A stretch of 62,896 nucleotides of DNA from a virus (taxonomy: Duplodnaviria; Caudoviricetes): positions 1-62,896 of the IMG/VR virus record IMGVR_UViG_3300041584_000032; one strand, given 5' to 3'. This document shows, piece by piece, positions 57,083-62,896 of the stretch (position 1 is the first letter of the stretch; every line of letters begins with the position of its first letter). The position numbers and the translations under genes are program-made. The notes beneath the pieces were generated by a model. The model worked only from the letters and a program-made list of their open reading frames with translations. It did no database searches and was not told the origin of the DNA.

Positions 57083-57718
57083 ATGAGCAATTTAATCACA
57101 ACACAAATTTGTAGAGCCTTTGAGGCGGGAGAAGTATTTAAAAAGTCAAACGATAGCACAGACGGTGTTACAATGTTCTTATATGGAAATGCGATAGCAG
57201 CACACAGGAGTAATGGGATGTGGATAACGAACGCAGGATGGGCAACGGTAACGACAAAAGCACGTCTCAATGGACTTACAGGTGTAAGCATATCACAGCG
57301 TAAAGGGGTTTGGTATTTAAACGGAGCAGAATGGGACGGGGATTGGGTTTTCGTTTCAGAATGGAATGAGTCAATACAACAGGCAGTTGCGGTGGAGCAA
57401 TACGACACCACAATAGAGTGGATAAGCACAGGTGGCTACAGAGGCTACGACAGACCCGTGTATGCGGTGTGTGGAGCGAATGATACGGGTATGTGGGCAG
57501 ATAGTCCTTGCAGGTCAGATGTGGCGACAAAAGAGCTTAATGGAGTTTCTAAGGACTTAAAAGAGATGCAGGTTCCCCATAAAGAGATGCAGACACACAG
57601 CTCAAATGTATTTTGCGAGCATAGGTACTTAATCGTACCGCCTGAATTTTTTGAGACCGCAAAGGGGATTGTCAATCACTACATAAGTATGAACGAAACA
57701 AGACTCTTGTACAACTAG
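57083..57718 (+). CDS. hypothetical early protein
   Basis: LYGNAIA...AGWATVTTKARLNGL, then WISTGGYRGY domain. Confidence 0.75.
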   Translation: MSNLITTQICRAFEAGEVFKKSNDSTDGVTMFLYGNAIAAHRSNGMWITNAGWATVTTKARLNGLTGVSISQRKGVWYLNGAEWDGDWVFVSEWNESIQQAVAVEQYDTTIEWISTGGYRGYDRPVYAVCGANDTGMWADSPCRSDVATKELNGVSKDLKEMQVPHKEMQTHSSNVFCEHRYLIVPPEFFETAKGIVNHYISMNETRLLYN

Positions 57719-57729
57719 AAAAACGGGGA

Positions 57730-57745
57730 GTGTCTTCAAAGACAC
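57730..57745. repeat. 16-bp palindrome, copy 6 (reverse orientation), core of the hairpin before hammerhead 3
   Basis: GTGTCTTCAAAGACAC. Confidence 0.95.
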
Positions 57746-57750
57746 TTCCT

Positions 57751-57799
57751 CCGTCTCAAGGTGTTTGCCTTGACTGATGAGTCCATGAGGACGAAACGG
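57751..57799 (+). ncRNA. type III hammerhead ribozyme 3
   Basis: CCGTC^TCAAGG-TGTTTG-CCTTGA CTGATGA GTCC-ATGA-GGAC GAAA CGG; cut after 57755. Confidence 0.95.
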
Positions 57800-57818
57800 T
57801 AACATTAAATTTTTTACT

Positions 57819-58037
57819 ATGAGCACGATTAATTTACAGAAACACGTATGGGAAGGTTGGACAGTTTCAGACTTCATTGATGAGTTGGAGCCTAGCTTCA
57901 ATATGATAATGGGAGGACAGTCCTACATGAGTCCTTTTAAAAGCAACGATCAACTAAAAGAATGGTGCAAGGACAACCAACCGTACTACAAGAAACATAT
58001 ACCTGATGTGTTTAACTATTTTAAAAAGAAAATCTAA
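57819..58037 (+). CDS. hypothetical protein
   Basis: HVWEGWTVSDFIDEL...WCKDNQPYYKK. Confidence 0.75.
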   Translation: MSTINLQKHVWEGWTVSDFIDELEPSFNMIMGGQSYMSPFKSNDQLKEWCKDNQPYYKKHIPDVFNYFKKKI

Positions 58038-58107
58038 CAGGCTCCGGCTTATGTTCCGTGATATTTCGGCAAGCTTTAAGCCTAGCAACGGAAGACATAG
58101 TAAATTT

Positions 58108-58164
58108 AAGTAAAAATAAGTGCGATTAAATTAGGTAGTGTCTATTACTAGTACTATCTTTGTC
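58108..58164 (+). promoter_or_regulatory. early promoter, copy 2
   Basis: TATCTTTG at 58155-58162 with the same spacing as copy 1. Confidence 0.75.
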
Positions 58165-58226
58165 GAATATTAGTTTATTAATCAGGATTCTATGCTTTAT
58201 AGAGCATTATCCAAAAAAATCAAGTT

Positions 58227-59312
58227 ATGTGTATTATTATCATTAAACAGAAAGGGTTAAAAGTTTCAACCGCAACCCTAAAAAAATCAGCAAAAATAAA
58301 TCCTCACGGTTTAGGGATTATTTGGTTGGACACCTACAAAGTTGAGTACAAAGAGTCTTCAGAGTATTCTCATTTAGTTACAGACAGACCATACATTGCG
58401 CACTTCAGATATGCTACAGTGGGCGCTATAGGTCGTTCAAATATGCACCCTTTTGTGTGCGGTAAAAAGACAGATGAGTTGCTTATGATGAACGGCACAA
58501 TTGCAGGGATGGGAAACGAGAAAGTTTGCGATTCAAAGATATTAGCAGAAAGCTTGGGAGATTTACCTAGACAGTTTTGGACAAAATCACTAGAGAAACA
58601 CAACTGTAGATTCATTACAGCAAATATCAGAAACAGATCATTTCAAATTTACAACAAATTAGATTGGTTCCAACGTGCAGGGGTTTGGTTCAGCAAAGAG
58701 AATGTACTACAGGAAAACTATGTAGCGGTGTATGGTACTTTAAAATATGGTTATTCAAATTACTTCGCATACCTATCAACCTCATCGTTTTTAGGTTCAG
58801 GCAAGACAAAGGACAAGTACCCATTAGTAGTTGACAGGCTACCATATCTTATAGAGGATAAAGGGATAGGCTACCACGTCAATGTGGACGTATTTAAAGT
58901 TACAGGTTCAGTGTTCGACAACCTAGACATTTTAGAAGGACACCCGAATTGGTATCAACGAAAGCAGATACGTATAGACCTAAAAGGTAAAAGTGTTTTG
59001 TGTTGGGTTTACTTCAACATACGAGAAACTTCAAAGGGTAGACCTTATCAATCTACCTATGTACAGAAGCCAATTAAAAATACTCTTAAGCATTTTAAGT
59101 TAGACAAATACATTGCTCCTTCACAGGAGTACAATATTGATATATTTAACGAAAGATACCTACCGGAGCACGTCAATGAGTTCGATATAGAGAAAGAGAT
59201 TCCGATGTGCTTGTATTGCTACAACGATTTAGTGTTCGATGGGTTTAACAATTACTATTGTAGTTCATGCAATAATTGGTTTGCAGAGAAAGATGTTGTG
59301 AAAGATTTTTAA
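58227..59312 (+). CDS. class II glutamine amidotransferase fused to a gamma-glutamylcyclotransferase (AIG2-like) domain and zinc ribbon
   Basis: N-terminal MC, NPHGLG, HFRYATVG, HPF, NGTI; then VYGTLK and LDILEGHP; C-terminal CLYC...CSSC. Confidence 0.9.
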   Translation: MCIIIIKQKGLKVSTATLKKSAKINPHGLGIIWLDTYKVEYKESSEYSHLVTDRPYIAHFRYATVGAIGRSNMHPFVCGKKTDELLMMNGTIAGMGNEKVCDSKILAESLGDLPRQFWTKSLEKHNCRFITANIRNRSFQIYNKLDWFQRAGVWFSKENVLQENYVAVYGTLKYGYSNYFAYLSTSSFLGSGKTKDKYPLVVDRLPYLIEDKGIGYHVNVDVFKVTGSVFDNLDILEGHPNWYQRKQIRIDLKGKSVLCWVYFNIRETSKGRPYQSTYVQKPIKNTLKHFKLDKYIAPSQEYNIDIFNERYLPEHVNEFDIEKEIPMCLYCYNDLVFDGFNNYYCSSCNNWFAEKDVVKDF

Positions 59313-59325
59313 ATTTGCACGGGGA

Positions 59326-59341
59326 GTGTCTTCAAAGACAC
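59326..59341. repeat. 16-bp palindrome, copy 7 (reverse orientation), core of the hairpin before hammerhead 4
   Basis: GTGTCTTCAAAGACAC. Confidence 0.95.
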
Positions 59342-59347
59342 TTCCCA

Positions 59348-59394
59348 CGTCTAAGGATGATTGTCCTTACTGATGAGTTCATAAGAACGAAACG
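59348..59394 (+). ncRNA. type III hammerhead ribozyme 4
   Basis: CGTC^TAAGGA-TGATTG-TCCTTA CTGATGA GTTC-ATAA-GAAC GAAA CG; covarying stems I and II, 3-bp stem III; cut after 59351. Confidence 0.9.
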
Positions 59395-59415
59395 GAACCA
59401 CTTAAACATTTGACA

Positions 59416-59640
59416 ATGAGGATATTAGCGATTAGCGCAACAGAACACGATGAGGAAGACTTCTACCTCGTTACAGACCTAAGCGACAGCGACATAGTAA
59501 ACGTGCTTAGACCCATAGTAAAAAGAGAACGGGAAGGCCAACATGACTACGAGTTGGAGCATTTAATAACAGCTTTAAGAAAAGCGTTCCCTAAGAATAA
59601 AATAGACCTGTATGAGGATGTAGGCACGATAAGAATATAA
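59416..59640 (+). CDS. hypothetical protein
   Basis: ATG at 59416 (MRILAISAT...), 21 nt after hammerhead 4. Confidence 0.7.
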   Translation: MRILAISATEHDEEDFYLVTDLSDSDIVNVLRPIVKREREGQHDYELEHLITALRKAFPKNKIDLYEDVGTIRI

Positions 59641-59641
59641 A

Positions 59642-59790
59642 TAGGCGGCAATGGAAATCCTTGCTTGTCGGCAATGTAGGCCCTTACGATGCTAACGGTA
59701 AAATTAGTGGTCGCCTAAAAACCCTCTCGGGTTTACTCACAGAACTAAAATCGTAAGAAGACTGACAGCTTGGAAAGACAGGCATTTTTT
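59642..59790 (+). ncRNA. candidate pseudoknotted structured RNA
   Basis: Two crossing 8-bp helices plus further hairpins fill the intergenic gap. Confidence 0.45.
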
Positions 59791-59809
59791 TAATTAAAAT
59801 AGATTCAAA

Positions 59810-60130
59810 ATGAATGAGAATATAAACCGAAAGGATAAAATAGTAAAGGCAGTGATCGACAAGTATCAGGAGCGTTCTGAAATAGGACAAGAGAAATACG
59901 GAACTACCTTGGAGCGAAACGACTTACCGATGATAGCGTGGATGCAACACCTGCAAGAGGAGTTAATGGATGCTACGTTGTATTTAGAGAAATTAAAATC
60001 AGACCTAACTAGTCGGCAAGATTCAAATGATTCTTACGTAATTACAAAAGAGTCTTGGAGTAGTGCAAGCAAGATAACAAAAGGAGGATTCATTTATGTA
60101 AAGTTCTCAGACCTTAAAATTTTAAAATAA
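59810..60130 (+). CDS. MazG-like/all-alpha NTP pyrophosphohydrolase-type protein
   Basis: GQEKYGTTL...HLQEELMDATLY. Confidence 0.6.
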   Translation: MNENINRKDKIVKAVIDKYQERSEIGQEKYGTTLERNDLPMIAWMQHLQEELMDATLYLEKLKSDLTSRQDSNDSYVITKESWSSASKITKGGFIYVKFSDLKILK

Positions 60131-60144
60131 CAAAATATTTAATT

Positions 60145-60522
60145 ATGGGAACAATTAAAAAACACTACGATAAAGAGTTGCTAAAAGTAAAGCCAAACCT
60201 ATACTTATTAGCCAACCTTGAGAAGCTAATAGCTAGAAAGAGTATCACTTTGAATGAATGGAGAAACACCGGTAAGTTTACCCCGCGCCTCGCATATCTT
60301 AAGTACAACCCTGATGTTGTTTTATTAAAGTCATGCACAGAGGTAATTGAGTATGTAGGAATGACTTACATACAAGTTTTGACTACAGGAGTCTATAGAT
60401 ACACAAAGTCAATTAGAGGCAAAGTGTTAGATAATGTAGAGGATAGTGCTTGGAAACAGGTTGCGCAAGAATTATTTTGCACAGAATGCGATAATAATAG
60501 TAAAAAAATGAACGAAGTATAG
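60145..60522 (+). CDS. hypothetical protein
   Basis: 125-aa ORF with A/T-rich leader. Confidence 0.7.
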   Translation: MGTIKKHYDKELLKVKPNLYLLANLEKLIARKSITLNEWRNTGKFTPRLAYLKYNPDVVLLKSCTEVIEYVGMTYIQVLTTGVYRYTKSIRGKVLDNVEDSAWKQVAQELFCTECDNNSKKMNEV

Positions 60523-60532
60523 ACATATAGCC

Positions 60533-60540
60533 TATCTTTG
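60533..60540 (+). promoter_or_regulatory. TAnnTTTG -7 promoter box
   Basis: TATCTTTG 25 nt before ATG 60566. Confidence 0.6.
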
Positions 60541-60565
60541 TCAAATAAACTAAAATACAGTAAAG

Positions 60566-60868
60566 ATGAAATCAGATGTTTTTGACCAATATGTAGAGCG
60601 AGTAATAAACTTGTTCAGTATCACAAAGGAAGAGTTTTTCAGTAAGTCCAAAAAAAGAGAATTTGTAGATGCAAGGCATTTGGTATATTACCTATGCAAT
60701 ATGAGACCTATGCAGATAAGCTATATACAAAGGTATATGAACCAAAACGAGTACAAGATAGAGCACTCTTCAATTATACATGGTATAGCAAGTGTAAAGA
60801 AGAAAATAGAAGATGATGATGACTACCTCATTATAATAAAAGAGATGTACAAATCAGTATTTATATAA
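60566..60868 (+). CDS. stand-alone DnaA domain IV-like protein
   Basis: SKSKKREFVDARHLVYYLC...EHSSIIHGIASV. Confidence 0.8.
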   Translation: MKSDVFDQYVERVINLFSITKEEFFSKSKKREFVDARHLVYYLCNMRPMQISYIQRYMNQNEYKIEHSSIIHGIASVKKKIEDDDDYLIIIKEMYKSVFI

Positions 60869-60893
60869 TTAAAATCAACTTAAATTTAATCAA

Positions 60894-61580
60894 ATGAAAA
60901 TAGCAAAATATACTTTTGAAAAACTGTCAGCTATCAATGTGAACGCTCACGTTGAGAAGAAAAGCAACCTTACCTACCTATCTTGGGCTTGGGCTTGGAG
61001 CGAAACGAAGAAGGCTTGTCCGGATGCAACTTATAAGATTGGATCCACAGACTACGATGAGACACTAGGATTCATGTGCCATACCGAGGTTACTATTTCA
61101 GGAGAGACATTGGAGATGTGGTTGCCCGTTATGGATGGAGCCAACAAATCAATGCGAAAAGTACCTTACACCTACAAAGGGAACGCTTGGGAGTCAGGTA
61201 AGAAAGTAACTATTGACAAGACGGTAGAGGCAGCAACGACCTTTGATATAAATAAGACCATTATGAGATGCTTGGTTAAGAACTTAGCCATGTTTGGTTT
61301 GGGTATTTATATATATGCAGGCGAAGACCTACCGGAGACTATAGCAGAGGCGACACCTACGTCAGCCCCAAAGCGAGAGGATGTTGTTTCAGTTAAAAAA
61401 GAAGTTGAAGCGCCTACATTAGAGGCACTTGAAAAGGACACAGACAATTGGAGAAAAGTCGTTAAATATGTTACCGACAACAAGGTTCAAGGCATTGAGA
61501 AAATTGGAAAGCAACTGAGTCGAAAGTACAGTATGACACCTGAAATCAAAAAAATGATAATCAAATTAATAAGCGAATAG
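60894..61580 (+). CDS. sak: Sak (Rad52-like, DUF1071) single-strand annealing protein
   Basis: LTYLSWAWAW, MWLPVMD, INKTIMRCLVKNLAMFGLGIYIYAGEDLP. Confidence 0.9.
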   Translation: MKIAKYTFEKLSAINVNAHVEKKSNLTYLSWAWAWSETKKACPDATYKIGSTDYDETLGFMCHTEVTISGETLEMWLPVMDGANKSMRKVPYTYKGNAWESGKKVTIDKTVEAATTFDINKTIMRCLVKNLAMFGLGIYIYAGEDLPETIAEATPTSAPKREDVVSVKKEVEAPTLEALEKDTDNWRKVVKYVTDNKVQGIEKIGKQLSRKYSMTPEIKKMIIKLISE

Positions 61581-61582
61581 TC

Positions 61583-62326
61583 ATGGAAAATTTAAAAGAT
61601 GTTCTTGAGTTGTTGAAAGATGACACTCAATACTACACAGGGATTGGTAAAGAGTACCTATCTAATTCAGACATAGGCACGTTGCTCAGCAACCCACGTC
61701 TATATGGAAAAGAACGTGAAGACAGCAAGGCTTTCATGGAAGGGAGGTATTTTCATCAGTTGATTCTTGAGCCTAGCAAGGCAAAGGACTTAATGTTTGT
61801 GGACTGCAGCACCCGAACTACAAAGATATATAAGGAGTTTTGCGAAACGAACAGCCTTCCTTTTTGTATGCTACAGAAAGAGAAAGAAGATGTTGAAGAG
61901 TTGGTTTCTGTTATCAAGGCAAACATTACTTTTTACGAAGAGATCTTTAAAGAAGGCAATCAGTACGAGGTTCCTGCGGTTACGGAAATCCATGGGATGA
62001 TGTGGAAAGGAAAGGCCGATATAGTTACCAACGAGATTATAATAGACCTTAAGACCACCTCAGACATAGAGAAGTTCAAGTGGAACGCAAAGAAGTACAA
62101 CTACGATTCACAGTGCTATATTTATCAGATGCTTTTCGGAAAGCCGTTAGTGTTTTTTGTGATAGACAAAACGAGTCAGGTTCTAGGTATTTTCAGACCG
62201 ACACAAGAGTTTGTAGATGGTGGAGAGCAGAAAGTCATTAAAGCAATCGAGGCTTACAACCGATACTTTTCTGTCAATTCCAAAGAGGATATAGATAGCT
62301 ATTTTGTGGATGAATACTTATTTTAA
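61583..62326 (+). CDS. RecE/DUF3799-like PD-(D/E)XK exonuclease
   Basis: LSNSDI, GRYFH, KGKAD, DLKTT, YDSQCYIY. Confidence 0.85.
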   Translation: MENLKDVLELLKDDTQYYTGIGKEYLSNSDIGTLLSNPRLYGKEREDSKAFMEGRYFHQLILEPSKAKDLMFVDCSTRTTKIYKEFCETNSLPFCMLQKEKEDVEELVSVIKANITFYEEIFKEGNQYEVPAVTEIHGMMWKGKADIVTNEIIIDLKTTSDIEKFKWNAKKYNYDSQCYIYQMLFGKPLVFFVIDKTSQVLGIFRPTQEFVDGGEQKVIKAIEAYNRYFSVNSKEDIDSYFVDEYLF

Positions 62327-62336
62327 AATCAATCAA

Positions 62337-62612
62337 ATGAAAACAACAGAACAAGAGCAATTACCTGCAGAAGTACATCAAATGCTACAAATGGTTTCGA
62401 TGGATAAAAAAGATGAAATACAATCAGTCTTAAACAATGTTTTTAACTCAGTTTCAAACATGAAAGAGAGGTTAGAGTCAATTGTAGTTAAAGACGAGAA
62501 TGATAAGGTAAGCATGAAGCTTGCTAACACCATACGCTTGCACGTTCGTTGCGGGCTTCGCAAAAACCAACGTCAAAACCTGGCCCAAAAGCACAAGACC
62601 CAGGAGTGTTAA
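62337..62612 (+). CDS. hypothetical protein, possibly truncated
   Basis: Helical N-terminus, then composition changes after ...ANTIRL; a K/A-rich fragment follows in another frame up to about 62686. Confidence 0.45.
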   Translation: MKTTEQEQLPAEVHQMLQMVSMDKKDEIQSVLNNVFNSVSNMKERLESIVVKDENDKVSMKLANTIRLHVRCGLRKNQRQNLAQKHKTQEC

Positions 62613-62769
62613 AAGCGAAAGCAGACAAAGCACAAAGAGATGCTGTCGCTAAAGCCTATGCTACTAAAGCTAAGAGAAAGAAGTAGCAAATTGATTTAGT
62701 GTGCGGTAGGTCTTTTATTTTAAATTTCTAACTAAATTTTCAATCGAAGACCTACTGCCCTATTTCATA

Positions 62770-62896
62770 TAACGAATAAGAATATGAATAGTAAGGCGAC
62801 TTTTACAGAGGTTAGGCTTGGAGTAATGGGAGGCTACATACACGCTGTGACGTGGCAAATAGTAGATACTCGCCAAGTTGCCTTATTATTTATATT
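62770..62896 (+). repeat. 127-bp exact direct repeat, copy 2
   Basis: Identical to 2131-2257. Confidence 0.95.

Noticed and set aside
58070-58090. TTAAGCCTAGC as part of a pistol ribozyme
   Set aside because: I could not find the P1 hairpin with complementary loop or the P2/P3 cleavage junction.
55874-59395. Repeated 50-90 bp elements as a CRISPR array
   Set aside because: Spacing is hundreds of bases with genes in between and there are no cas genes. The repeats are explained by hammerhead structure.

Overview
Near-complete genome of a tailed (podovirus-like) phage of a Bacteroidota/Flavobacteriia host, judged from TAnnTTTG promoters, AT-rich SD-less leaders and a BT4734-type primase. Plus strand: an accessory block (1-5.8 kb), replication genes (5.8-13.6 kb) and an early region (54.3-62.6 kb: amidoligase, GATase-GGCT fusion, Sak, exonuclease). 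Minus strand (13.6-53.7 kb): GroEL/GroES, two tail fibres, lysis genes, terminase, portal, scaffold, capsid, tail and ejection proteins. I saw no DNA polymerase, integrase, tRNA or CRISPR array. Three non-coding systems stand out. (1) Four type III hammerhead ribozymes sit at gene junctions of the early operon, each after a hairpin and about 20 nt before the next start codon. (2) An attC-like array (2.1-5.8 kb) of foldable YAAC...GTTR sites alternates with inverted-repeat-bounded cassettes, two of which carry a DNA methylase and a PAPS-reductase-family gene. (3) A 16-bp palindrome GTGTCTT(TG/CA)AAGACAC occurs 7 times perfectly and once degenerately, including inside genes. The last 127 bp duplicate 2131-2257, suggesting a circle of about 60.6 kb with a possibly chimeric 2.1-kb left tail. 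All protein calls come from motif recognition by eye, not database searches.
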